Of a stretch of 64,000 nucleotides of DNA, positions 49,304 through 62,465 are shown piece by piece; positions within the stretch are counted from its first letter, which is position 1; each line of letters begins with the position of its first letter. Under the pieces are notes generated by a model. It saw only the letters and a program-made list of their open reading frames with translations. It ran no database searches and was not told the DNA's origin. Both the position numbers and the translations under genes were made by a program. Source of the stretch: Lytechinus pictus. Taxonomy: Eukaryota. The DNA is taken from the NCBI RefSeq assembly GCF_037042905.1, contig NC_087246.1, positions 310,001 to 374,000 on the forward strand. The letters are read 5' to 3'.

Positions 49304-52300
49304 TATTATTGACCCTAAACGTTGAAAACAGCACTTGAAGCTGAAAAATACCCTTTTTTTAAGGAAACCGTCGACGACGTCTAAGGGCTGAAAACAGACC
49401 CTTTAGACGCTTTTTGAGGACGCACGTGTGTCGTACGTGATATGGTGAGTGACCCTCCCCCCCCCCCCCGAATTCCGTCATACATCATATAATTTCAAAC
49501 GGTTACGCTTGGGTGGTCTACTGGCTAAAATTGGCGATTAAAACAGAGGCTAAATTAAATCAAATATATTATATACTGAAATAGAAGGGATAAAAAAGGT
49601 TTTAAAACAAGCAGACGACGGAGAGAGAAACTTAGGGAAGCTAAATGAGCTTCCCATCTGGACGTTTAGCGCCGGTGCAACGAAATCTTGTCGACAAGTT
49701 CTGGATACAGTTGTAGATCACTCATGTCCCCAGAGTTTCGGGGGAAGTTCTCGGGCACACTCGTGCTTTGTTTGCCGAGTGAAGACAGACACGGCGGTAT
49801 GCCAAGCATACACAAACAGACAAACTTGGAAACATATCTCTTCGCTCTTCTTCCCTTATCCTTCAACCCCTTTACATTCTGGTAACCTGCGGATACAACC
49901 CCCCCCCCCCCTCTCTCAAATCCTCGATTTCCCAACGATTGATACAACAATCATTATTCACCGCGGACTCAGTGCTTTCTCTTGCTGTCTTGAAAGCAAC
50001 AACAAGCTGGTTCTAAATTTAGTTTGGTTTCGTGATTTAAAAATCTTGAGATGATTCGATCCAATAATTAAGATATCACGGAAAATAAAGATTGATAATC
50101 ATTTAATACTTTACCATTCTAATTATCATCAAAGATAAAACAAACAAAAAGGTATAATCTTAATAAGCGGTAAATATAAATGTAGTTGCCATCGAATTTA
50201 AGGGGGAGGGATACTATTCCGTAGAATTAACATTGGTTTAAAGATAAAATAAGAGAGGGCAAACCTCCGACTACCGGGCTCAATCGGCTAGAGAGTTAGG
50301 TAACCCAGGGGAGGCGATTAGAGGTTGTGAGGGGGCAGAGTAAAGGCATACCAACCGGGAATCCCCTGGGGGTGATTAGACCAGGTATCGCACGGGGTGG
50401 TGAAACTGATGAGTGACACCGCGGTTAACATCAAAGCCCAAACAGACTTCAACAAACCAAAGAGTCAGTCTATGCTTGCAAGTTCTATGCAAGCGACTGT
50501 GGCAAATCACACCGCACAGTTCGAGACCCGAAACCTTTACGATACAGTATTACATTATCTTCTCCCAGTCAGATAACCCAGTTTCTCATGTCCACTCACA
50601 CGATGTATGACAAGGATAATTCGTTGAGCCTTGTTATAAGATAGAGAGGGAGAGGAGGGATGGAGAGAGAGAGAGAGAGTGGGGGGAGGGGGTAAGTGTA
50701 GCGGAGAAGGGAAACACAATGCAGATGCCGATATAGAAGAGACCTTGTAATCATGGTAATATTTTGGGGACATCGTTATCATGTTTATGTAATATACAGA
50801 ATAGAACCTTCGTCTAAAGAAGATGTTAACTTATCATTTGCATGTGTGTAATGCATGGTAAAACTAAATAACCGCATGGAAGATAATTCGACACAATAAA
50901 ATAAGTAAATTTAAAAGAAAGTTGTGATGTTTGAGACATTTTTTTATATAATCATGACCACGATGACTAACAGACAAAAATGATATCGTAGCGTGAATTT
51001 GAACCAGCACTCGGTTCAATATTTTGGTCAGCAATGTTTCACTATATGAAAATGCCGTGAGCAAGGTGGGGGGGGGGGGGGGGTAAAGAGAAAATATAGG
51101 ATATAAGTAATTTAAAAGTATTGGAAAGCCCCAAGGATTTATTTATGTGGAGTTAAAGAAGAGTTAATACAGATAGAGTTGACGGACTGCAAATAATTCC
51201 GAAACTTGACTGTAAACAACAAACAACATAATTGGGCATGGCTTATTAATTAGGTTGGATCTTACGTATGTCAATTATAAGCCCCTATACTACATTCCAT
51301 CTCTTCAAAACATGGCTTTTCAACATTTGAACATTTAATTTTAAAGACCTGATGGTATACTGCCGTTGTCTGCACTGTTCATATTGTTTACTTACACAGC
51401 ACTGATTCTCCGCTCAAGTTTTTCTACCCCTATCCCTCGATCCTTCGTATTTCATTTGCTCTTCCTTCTCCTCCTCTTCTCTTGTCTCCTTATCCTTGTC
51501 ATTGCTTCTTGTTTTTGTTTATTTTTTCTTTTATTCCATTTTATTTATCCATTTCTTATTATTTTTCATTATTTCTTTCTTCGTCTTCTTCTTATTTTCC
51601 TTCCTCTTCATTTTCTTCTTATTTCTCTCCTTCACTTCTCCTTCTCCACTTTCCGATCACTTTTTTCCCCATCGCTACTCCTTCTTTCTTTTTAATTCAC
51701 TATAACACTCCTGCCTTTTCTTTCATTCCCTCTTTCCTGTATAACTGTTTTCCTTCTCTCCAGCCCTCATCCTATCACTCCATCAAATCAGATGGAGAAA
51801 GAACTCGGAGGCGTTTGTGGTCTATCATTGATGTACCAATTACTGAGTAGGTATCAACTTTTAGTCCAAGTTAGATCCCATGGATTGATACCAATATCGA
51901 GAAGATTACCCGTCAACTGCCCTCAATGATGCCATGATTTAGAACTAAAATTCTTTCCACTAACCCCCCCCCCCCCCGCCCCTTGATGCCAAGAATGAGA
52001 ACTAAAATTCATTCACTATATATACCATCATGGAACTAGTAGGTAAAAATTGAATCGTTCACATTTTGTCTGTAGTGCTGGTGCATCTATTCCTATTTGG
52101 TATTGCCAGGCCTAAATAGGGTGGGGCCTGTGACATAGTTCTGCCCATTCGCAGGGGAGGATTTGGAGCGTAAATCCGGGGAATTTCAAAAAGATCCGAG
52201 TGATTTTACCGAAAATGACTCCCCATAGATTTGAACGAAATATGATAATATACATTAGAATCTGGTTATACAGGGGGAAAGGTGAGTTGGGGTGGGAGGG

Positions 52301-55300
52301 GGGGGGGTGGATGAGGAGCAAAAAGCAGAAATCTTGTTTTACACTGAGATCTTATAAATTAGACTCTCATTGTGGATGATGACTAAAATAAAAACAATTT
52401 CGAATGAAAGAGGTTGATTCTTCATACAAAAAGCTGAAGTGATCGCTTTTTATTTTTGATTCTCGAAGGAAAGTCGATTTTCTTGAGAACTGTTCCACTG
52501 TCTAATTTCCATAAATCTCATTATCAGAGGTATAAGGTTTGATACATGGTAAAGCTAGCGATATGGATTATATTGGTGTGGTAACGCTTCCGAGGAAAAT
52601 AAATGCCAAAGTACATGAGAAGAATTCCTAATCCTCTCAAACCCCTATCTCTATGTGTCAGTTGGAGTAATTGCTTATCGATCAAAATGGGCATGCCTAA
52701 TATATCTTCCAAGAACAAGAGGAGATACAGAGAAGCAAGTAAGTATGGGGAAAGAGATACGGATAGAGAAAGGGAAAGAGAGAGAGAGTCAGCTTGTTTC
52801 ATTATTTTGTTTATTTTTAATACATATCTAATTTGTATTTGGCATGTTTAATAGATATAATGAATGAAATTCAAAGACATATCATCCACTGAATAGTTTG
52901 AACTATGGTAACCGAAAATTAGTACAAAGCTGTATATAAAATATAACATCAAAGCCTGTAAGTCAATTGATGATGCAAATGTGGGTTAAAATGACTAAAA
53001 GATATCAGACAACATTGCCGTATCAAAATTAAATGATTTAAAAAATACAAACAATATCTATTAGTAACTCATCAATAAGACTTGAATATAATAGTTAGTG
53101 TGTTTACATTGTATTATTTTATTGTTTTGTTTGTTAAGCTTTATTTTTGTTAATATTGCTTTTTGTCACAATAACTCTGATCTGTCTTAATAAGTTGTAA
53201 ATATTGTAATTTTACCTTGTTTATGACTTCATGATATAATGAAACATACAAATATGAATTATATAAAAGACTTAAATATAAATCAAATCTATATGTATTC
53301 ATTATCAAGCATGTGGTTCATTTTTGGGGATCATATTATCTTCACACTCTGCTAGATAATTAACAATAACTTTCATTTTGGCCTCGTATTTGACAACTTT
53401 CTTTTTTTTCTTCAGGTAAACTACTTCAAAATTTATTTCCTGATAAATTCGAGAAAAGGAAGATTTCATGATGAACCATCTGGAACATCACAAGCTGATA
53501 TCTCTCTCACCAAGGTACAACATGGATTGTTGAACAATGCGTCTCGGTCCCCTGAACAGGGTCATACTCACCCCCATAGGGATTCGATCCAAGACCCCTC
53601 CCAAAGCAACCTCGGAAACCTCGCAAGTACGCCCCCTCTGTGACCCCATGGCCTCGATTCTCTGTTCTCTACCGCGCCGCAATGGCCCCGCTGGGCTTCT
53701 AGCAGTAACCCGCTCGCTTTAAACCCGACCTTATGTGCCCTATGAACATCATCACCGAGCATCCACCTATTATAAATCTCAAGTACCACAAGAGGGATAT
53801 TTAGGAAGCTCTATCCTACCCATGGAGATACAAAATAGAGAAACAAAACGAATAAAACAAAAACTAAAAAAAAATCTAAAAATATGAACATTTCTGTCGA
53901 CTGAGTTTACTGTCAGCGATTGAAAAATAATAAATTTAGCTCGGATGGATACCAGTCTGTTCATTGACTCCGTTCACATGATCCATAGGGAGTGTATGTT
54001 ATGAGTATCGTCTTACATGAAAGACGAGATGACATTCTTCATATTGTTATTTTATGTCAACTCTTTTAAAGTGTTTGGCTTTGATAATCTTTCCCACTGC
54101 TCCACTATACTCTTCTCGTGACATTTTCACTACGAGAATTCACCGACCATGATTTGTTTATCGTTACTTACATGCGCTCTTCCCACCATTTATCTTCTTG
54201 ATTGAACATCATTCATAAAGTGCCACATAGATCCCCATATATTCTATATTGTTTTTATATTATAGATATTACCCATATTACCCCCCCCCAAAAAAAAAAA
54301 AAAAAAATCAGTAAAGTAGTTCGCTATATAGTCTGATTATTACGTCATACAGCAAGGAGGCTGGTCCCCCCCCCTCACTCTCTCCCCTCTCATTTTCTTT
54401 CTACATACACGAATATCTCATTTCCGTTTTTCTACAACAAAACCTGGTGACAGAAAGAAGGCTATATTCAAGGCTAGAAGGTTGGAGCCAGACTGAAAAT
54501 GAGAAGGTTTTGTCACCTAAGACTATTTGCCAAAGGTGTCGAGTGTGAAGAAGGGCTCACGTGGCGTGGTGTAGCGATACCCCCTGCTACACCTGGCCTT
54601 CACCACAAGGGTTCGGCGCCCTAGTTGTAACATGATATATGCCAAGATGTTGTACTTGAACAAGAACCATTTTATAATACAGGATGTGCCTTAGGACTGG
54701 ACCAAAGAGTGGCTAGCTGAATGCCTTGATGTCACCCAGTGTGATATAGTTTCATCAGAAGAGATGCAAACAAAAAGATAGGAAAAAATAGAGCGTGGCA
54801 GATAAGAATATGATTTTTTAGGATACCATGGATACAGAGAAAGATGAATTAAAGAATAGAAGAGATACAAAGAGAAAAGATAAGATAGTTACATGTACAT
54901 CTACTGTTTATTATGGCGCACTGGTGTCAAGCATGCGGGAATCGCCTTGGAGAGTAGAATCATATTTTGATGTTTATGTTAAAAGTTTCTTAGAGAGCTT
55001 TGATTATTTATAAGAAAATCGCAATATAATGACGCAATATAATCTACATCAGGGAGTTGAGAATACATCCAACTCTCTGCCTAAATGAAAAATTATCTTC
55101 TTCTATATCATATTTTCAAGAAAACTTTTTTTTTTTCATTTCCTAATTTCAATGGTCACAATCTCTCCGTCACTCATGACCAACTTACAAAATACTGGTC
55201 ACATGCAAGATTCAAGTCGGAGTTACAGCACCGCTTGTTGCTAATTTGTCATAATTCTGCGACCCTTGGGTGTCACAAATCACCTCCATAAATATTATCA

Positions 55301-55429
55301 GATTCGAACCGATTTAAGAACGGTATAGTATACAAAATGACTTTACATCCTTCAATACAGGATAACCCTTGGCTTGGGTTCTTCCTCTTCATATTCTGAC
55401 AACTACTCTACCTTTCCCCCTTATAGGAT

Positions 55430-55790
55430 GCAAATGATAGAAAATCAGACAATCAAAACACTGAAAATTTCATCAAAATCATTTCATCCACCAAGAATGA
55501 AAAAATGGATCGACTAGTAATGTAATGTGTAGGGCAATCATTGCTCCATTTTATTTTGTTACAAGGGAAATATATCAGACAAATTATGATTTCATGTTAT
55601 AACATAAGAAAAGGATTTCCCTGCCCTATCGCATATTCATGACGGAGAGCACATAACTCTTTTTCACAAATAATGATAAACTTTGAAATTTAATAACTTC
55701 GTGATTTGCAATCATATTTAATTTTAATCATTTGGCTGAGTGAATCTCACTATATTTATTTTGATATAAGTATTTTCAACCAAGAGTGCC
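55430..55790. mobile_element. Highly degenerate TTAA-type MITE remnant
   Basis: AACACTGAAAATTTCATCAAAATC and ATTATGATTTCATGT.ATAACATAAGAAAAGG motifs shared with family B. Confidence 0.55.
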
Positions 55791-56159
55791 TCTTTTTTCA
55801 TCCCTTTTCTCTCAATAAATTAAACTTATAAGGCTCCGAAGAAAAGTTTGATATGGTAGTACACATCAGACGTATTCTTTTCAAGATTCTACAGTAAAAA
55901 AAACGCAGGAAACTACGATGTTCTTGCTGAATAGATGGAGAACGTCCATTTCTCTCACTAACTAAGATATCACAATGACAAGTAAGCGATTTTGGGGTAG
56001 AATAGAAAAAAAATCTACAACCAGTCTTTCATTTTGCACAATTTATACGAATAGAGACCACTCAGTTGTAATTGAGATGAAAACATTTGCTATTACTATA
56101 TTTACCAAGTTTTCTTTTCTCCCCCTCTTAATGCTGGCATAAATTATTTGAAGTACTTT

Positions 56160-56530
56160 CTCGTATTTTTGTTGTCGCTTATTCGCTTTATTTTGATATT
56201 TGTGGATTACTTGTTTTAAGCTCGTCTTCCGTGTCCGTCTCGATTATATAGTTGTATATATAGTTTGTTTATAATTAGTATTGAAACTAAGTTTAGGGGC
56301 TTGCCTTCTATACAAGCTTTGCTTTTCTTGGCAAGTCCCTCCGTTCATTTCTACATTCTTTTCATAGATAAAATTATTGACACACACTTTAGTTTTGTTT
56401 AATTTAAATTCAATATTTGTTACGAAATGTCATTGATCTGTCTGTATCATATTGAATATGTATTGTTACTTTGATTATATTTTGAAAATTTTGTTGAACG
56501 GAAATAAATAAATCCAACATCTAAATCTAT
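56160..56530 (+). mobile_element. LINE 3' UTR remnant (CR1/L2 group)
   Basis: Stem-loop AGGGGCTTGCC..ACAAGCTTTGCTTTT..GGCAAGTCCCT, T-rich tract, then AAATAAATAAATC tail. Confidence 0.55.
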
Positions 56531-59500
56531 TGCTGGCAACTATTTTTCCTCAAAGATCAGGCAGCGAAAACACACATTATATACATGTACATTGAAACAA
56601 TAGCTAGAATATAAAAACATCCAAATCGTATTACAATAAAGCAAAGACAACAAACACAAAGGAGTTTTTTTTTAATGACACAAACGAGGGAGGAAATGGC
56701 ATAAATTGGTGAAAATATCATTATTTTTATATTGAAATGAATTTGAATGACAAGAATTTTGAAAGCAAGGAATGAATTTGATCCCGTCATAACCTGCTAG
56801 TTGACAAGATGAGTTCATGAGAACCTGCTTGTGATTATTTGCCCACGTTTATTGACAAATAACAAGCAATGTAAATATAAAGGGGGATATGGGGGAGGGG
56901 GCATGCCCACCATCTTATAATGGGAACAAACAGTTACGTGTAATGGTACAGAATAATTTGAAACAGTGGAGAAAATCAGGGCAGGAAAGTGGCAAAAGGG
57001 CGACATATCGTGGTAAGGTAATATGTGTAGACTGTATACCATTACATGCTGGGTGAGATTGGTTTGGATCTGTGTATTTGGTTGACATGTAAATGGAGGT
57101 GTAACGCATCCCGCTAGAGGTACCATGGAACGATATGCATTCAGATATCCCTTCGAGGGGGAGAACAATCTGTCTATAAAAAATGCGTCCTTACATTGAT
57201 GGGAAGGTCCGGGAGTTTCTCTTAATGTTGGGTGTAATTATACAAATAATGAGAAATAAAATATAACAAAAACATTTGCTCACAGACTGATCCACTCTGT
57301 GATGCTCTCGTCCCAAGTGAGGCAAATAGTTTAGGGTTAATTGCTTGAATGCACTGACATGACTGAGCGCTGCTGATAAAGTGATAGCTCGAGCTAAAGT
57401 CGGGGTAATAACAGTTGCGCTTTGTATCATCTGGCAAAAGATACCTCATCAAGGGGCACCAAATAATTGTCAGATTGTAGTCAAATGACAAGAATTCTGG
57501 TATTCAATAGTTTATACATCTATGAACTGCATATATTAACATGCATCTGCTACGATCTGTAATCCAATTTGGTGAATTGTTTTACAAGAAATATCAGATG
57601 CAAAAAAAATTCCAAAGAATACAATCAGAAAGAAAATAAGCCTGTTCATTGGGAGGAAATGGACATAAATAATGAAAAATAATATCGGAATGAAATAGTG
57701 TTTTTAGAAGACAAAGAAGAAGAGGAGGATGATGAGGAGGGGAAAGAAGAAGAAAAAAAAAACATACGTGTTATTTTGATTAGATCGGGTCAATTCGAGA
57801 CACTCTAAAATGTTGTAAAAGTACACAGTAGCTCGGTCGAAAGCAGGTAGAAGGAAAAAAAGAGACGGATCATTCGGATAGTCAACAACATAAGAAACAA
57901 AAGAAGACGAGAAAGCAAGAAAAGGCAGGGAAATAGAACAATAATGAGAGGAGGTGTCAATGCACTTGTGGTGAAATTGAGAGGGGCTTTGGGGAGGGAA
58001 CACGTTTTCGACACAAATTGGAAAAAAGACGAAAAAGAAAGAATAGAGGATGATGGGTTTCGAACAAAAGGCGCAGAAATAAAGAAACAGAATGAGAGAT
58101 ATAGTGCAAAAGGGATACAGAAGAAGGAAGCAGTTTTGGAATAAAGACAGAACGAGAAGAAAACATTTCGATGTCTGTGCAATTCGTAAACAAGAGTTAT
58201 GTTTAAAAAAATACACAAACCGTCATTTTGCCTTCCAGTGATAGTTTTTTATCTCAATCTTGGCATTATTTCATAATCATGATCATGATTATGATTCGAT
58301 TGTGATCGTAGTGTTTATAGTTATTACCTCCTTTATTAAAATCATGCCTAGATATACATTCATTTCCCCTATCATTAATACGATCAAAAGTATCAATCTA
58401 CCTATATATATTGAAACAAATCGTCACGTTTCACGTCATTGTAGAAACATGTTTCCCGAAAATGCTGGAAGTAAAAAGATGGTGACCGTCATGAAAAATT
58501 CAATTTAAGACGAGTATTTGGTAGTGGATCTCTTACTTTAATTGATTGTAGCCCTTTGGTTGAGTGTTCCCATACAAACTAGAATCATCATGCTGGTGTC
58601 ATACAAGAGAGGGCAATGCATAAGTTGTTTGAAAGTGCAAGTTAAACATTTACACCTCAAACGGATAGGACAAGTCAAGTGGGTAGTGGTGAGAGTTTTC
58701 GTTTGATTTCGATCCAGCTCCCGGAGACAAGAGAAGACAGCCAAGACACAGAACGTACAAATGAGAACTATGCTATCGCCACTTGCGATTTCCCCCATCA
58801 GGTTGATGGAGAGAAACAGGAAGAGAGTAAGGTCTATATACAGACATCTTTAAGCTAAGTCGCTTCCTGGATAGATGAAAGAGAAGAGGAGGCTTGAAAA
58901 ATTGATGGAGAATGGCGAATCTGATGTGGGATACATTTAGGGGGTATACGTCTACGAGTCGATACGCATCAATGATACGGTCTCCATTTGAACCTTGTTA
59001 GTTTCTGCTCAGACTCAATCTTTGTTTAAAATCTCAATACTTTAATTTCATTTACTGTAAAAAAAAAATTACTTCTACAATTTATAATTGATTAAAAACT
59101 ATGTCGATTTACTTTATGAAAATGAAAATATCCATGAGTGATCAATGCAGAAAACCACTCTTTTGAAGCATAGTGATGAATAGAATACGAATAAATGGAA
59201 GACTAGCAGTGGCGCCATTTTACCAGGTACTTATTAGGGTCCACGGAGAGGTGTGAATAAGACGCGTCATTACAGCGTTATGCTACATTAGGCTGACTTA
59301 CTCCCATATCACTCTCCTCCACCCCCCCCCCCTTTCTCTCTCTCTCTCTCTCTCTTTCTCCTGCTCTTTCTATTTCCTATATTCAAGGAGTGGCGGTTAC
59401 ATTTATTTCTATCAATTACTCATCTCACCTCTTACTGCCCCCTCCCCTCCCTTAATACCCCTCTCCCTTCTCTGCATGTCTTTCTCTGTCTATTTTCCTC

Positions 59501-61561
59501 ACTGGGCATGCCTATTTCACATTCATCCACCCACACTGATCTCCCATAGTATGCTAAGAGCCTATATGTCTGTCTCCTTTGGGTCAACCGTCACCATACC
59601 CATGATGATTCAGTCTCTTCTTTGTTTCATCTCACAGTCTTTCAAGCAGTTGAGTGTACTTTCTACCCAAGGTGTTAAACCGATAACGATATTCAGCGTT
59701 ACGTCATTATCGTCTGCCTCACAGTAAGGCGCCAAACGACTTCTTGGCGAATTCATGACCACTGGCCTTGCCCATTATCATGCACATATTATGTGCCTCA
59801 GATAATCAAAATTCCATATGAATGACCTTAATTTTTGTCAAATATATATTCTTTCTTCAGTGAGATATTTTGTTAATACCCCTTCTTTCCCCTCCCACCT
59901 TTGTCTGTGTATGTGTAAGGATGTATATGTGGGGGTCTCTCTCTCTCTCTCTCTCCATAGAATGACCTATGTTGATATCTTCATTAGATCGTTAATAATG
60001 CCTTTTTAGGTAAAAACTTTCCACGACGTGGGGTAGACGGTTAAAATAACCATACAATATCTAAAAAAATTGGTCTTAAATATCATTTAAAATATTTAAA
60101 AAAATCAGATTTCTCAATACAATTTAATAATAATACCATAATTATTTAGTAAATATTCTTGAATATCAGTTGGGCACATGCGTACAGATGGGGTGGTTGG
60201 GACCATGCACCCATCCCCAGGGAAAAAGAAAGAAAAGGAAAGAGGTTGAAATGTGACGTTATTTTCTGAATACATGTTTTTGGTCAAAATCTGTCACAAA
60301 ATTGAATTTTAGTATTAAAAAGGTCAAAATGTTTCTCCTCCCAATTGCCCATATACAGCATTACTAGATATAGCCCCTCAATAATTTGACTGATGGTGCT
60401 ACTGCAGGGATATATGTCTACGGCTAATAAATATATTGTGCCCGTGAAATTCTGATGAGAAAACATGTTAAATTGAATTTTCAACGCAGAATTATACATT
60501 CTATTTATATATGTATAATTCGCCATGATTATGCAAACCCGTACCCATGATGCATCTAAATGAGCGGGGAGGTAAGGCGAGGATGTCTCCCATATCTCCG
60601 TCCAAGCTCTCATCCAGCCGTACATCATGCAAAAGGGTTTGACAGATAGCAAGCGATCTGATGTCATTGAAACCAAAGACGAAGGCTTTTTACCAAAAGA
60701 GCGCGCAGGCTTGCCTTAGACCAATTGTTTTCATTTCACCTTAGCAAAATGGCGTCGATAAATCTTCCAAGCTGTCGACTGGAATTGCTTTACAAGACCA
60801 GCGCGATGCACGACTAATTGTTTACGCGGCAAATTCGTACACCGCTTAAAACTAGGTAATGTCCACCCTCGCTATACCTATTCGTTATCTAGTGTGACAA
60901 TGCATGCTACTACTATCTTGACAGCAAGCCAAGCGGTGAGTGAAAATTAAAATTGCTTTCTACTCTTACCCTAGCTTTGTTATCATCAATGAAAAATGTA
61001 ATTTGGTTGATGACAAATAGCTGGACACTCAAGCTGATTTTAGTGGTATTGGGGTATTTTGCCCTCATTGGTACAAATTGGTTTTGGTCAAACTTTAACA
61101 GGTTGCGAGGTCTAGTTTCCGTTTTTCTCGCAGAAAAACAACCGAATGACCGATTCTTGACCGCATTCATCCTTCATGGTTTCATTCGAAGAAACAAAGA
61201 TTTAGCAGAAAACCTGTTCCAATCATGAGATGTACCGATTAATCTATATGCTAATATTCGAAGGAATTTTGATTAAAATTTTGATACTTTATTCGCACCT
61301 GTCTCTTCCCGATTGTCTGTCTTCCACAATGATTCGTCGTAGTTCCTTCATACAATGAAAGCAGAACTAAATCTAAATAAATCGACCATCAAAGTGTGAC
61401 CAAAGCAAGATATATATTCAAATATTTCTTTACATTCACTTTATGAAATAGCCCTCTGTTACCAGGTATGTAAAATCCACCCTGATAATTCAACATGAGC
61501 TAGCTTGTAATCTGGACAATCTTTCTCCGGTACCATCTATCAGCAGAACTGTAGTGACAGG

Positions 61562-61852
61562 TTCAATTCATTTTTTTTTTTCAATTCAAATAAGCATTTA
61601 TTTTCTTCCATTTCATTACGTTTTTCGTTTAACATCAATAAAATATCATACAAAAATCAATTTGTTATGAAAAATATAAATATGTACATGTTGGGTTTAA
61701 AGAAGAAGGCGTATACCCTAAAAGCTGAGGCTTGTGTCGGGATACGCCTATAGACAAAAATACAATACAATTAACAATACAAAGGAAAGAGCAGAGAAAA
61801 AAAAGAGAAGGAAAGGGAACGAGAAAGGGAGACGTGAGCGGAAAGGCGGGCA
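61562..61852 (-). mobile_element. 3' UTR-only copy of the LINE at 8520-9622
   Basis: Closely similar to 8520-8795 (e.g. GAAGAAGGCGTATACCCTAAAAGCTGAGGCTTGTG.CGGGATACGCCTATAGA). Confidence 0.88.
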
Positions 61853-62004
61853 TGAATGAATGTGCCTGTTCATGTGCCTTCCCGCAAAAGACAATTCCAA
61901 AGAGAACTTTAATAAAATAATTTAATATGATTAAAGTCCTCTTCAAATACCTGAAACTGGAAACATGAGAATGATAAAGGGGGAAATGAGAAGATGGTTC
62001 TTAC

Positions 62005-62465
62005 CTGAATAACTCTCATATTTAGCCCTGTTTCCTGTGCGAGTTGTTCCCTGATATGACGAGTTGGTTTGGGTGTAGCTGCGAATGCTGCCTTGAGTGT
62101 TTCTAACTGTTTAGCCTTAATGGTGGTTCTAGGTCCTCTTCTCTTAGCCCCACTTACTGGAATCCCTGTCGTGTTTTCATTCTCCCTGTTTTCCAATCCA
62201 TTATCATGATTGTTGTTGTTGTTGCTGTTGTTATTGTTATTAATAATGTTAGATGCCTCCTTGACACGATCTATGTCATCCGGGGTCGAAGCAGTAATGA
62301 CACCAAGAGATGGTGACGTCACATCACTTTCTGCTTCCAGTAGACTCATATCTTCAGTGCTTGGACTCTCTGGAGGTGAACTTGAATCGTGACTGGAGAG
62401 GGCAGTATTGCAGGACCCAGGAGGTTTGTTGAAATGATCATTATCAGGGAGCTCTGGTCTTCTTA
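62005..62465 (-). CDS. lhx1: Lhx1/5 (Lim1) LIM-homeobox gene, internal exon: linker plus homeodomain helices 1-2 and start of helix 3
   Basis: Translation ends ...[49 protein letters not shown], the diagnostic Lhx1/5 homeodomain. Acceptor ttcttttacAG lies just before 62465 and donor GTAAGA just after 62005. The exon is 461 nt (enters phase 1, exits phase 0). The 5' boundary is inferred from the best acceptor because the upstream exon is outside the window. Confidence 0.95.

Larger units (their letters stand above)
45053..62004 (-). other. lhx1: ~17 kb intron interrupting the homeodomain (between VIQ and VWFQN)
   Basis: GT at 62004-62003 and AG at 45054-45053 on the minus strand; the flanking exons join in frame. 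Confidence 0.9.

Noticed and set aside
50400..50425. GAAACTGATGAG as a hammerhead core
   Set aside because: The boxes overlap in the wrong order with no helices between them.
51366..51850. Hydrophobic F/L/S-rich ORFs (also 7732-8067, 31135-31666, 57704-58218)
   Set aside because: Translations of polypyrimidine/polypurine low-complexity tracts, not membrane proteins.
54478..54492. AAGGTTGGAGCCAGA matching the 20428/21621 junction motif
   Set aside because: Short isolated match with no flanking similarity; consistent with chance.
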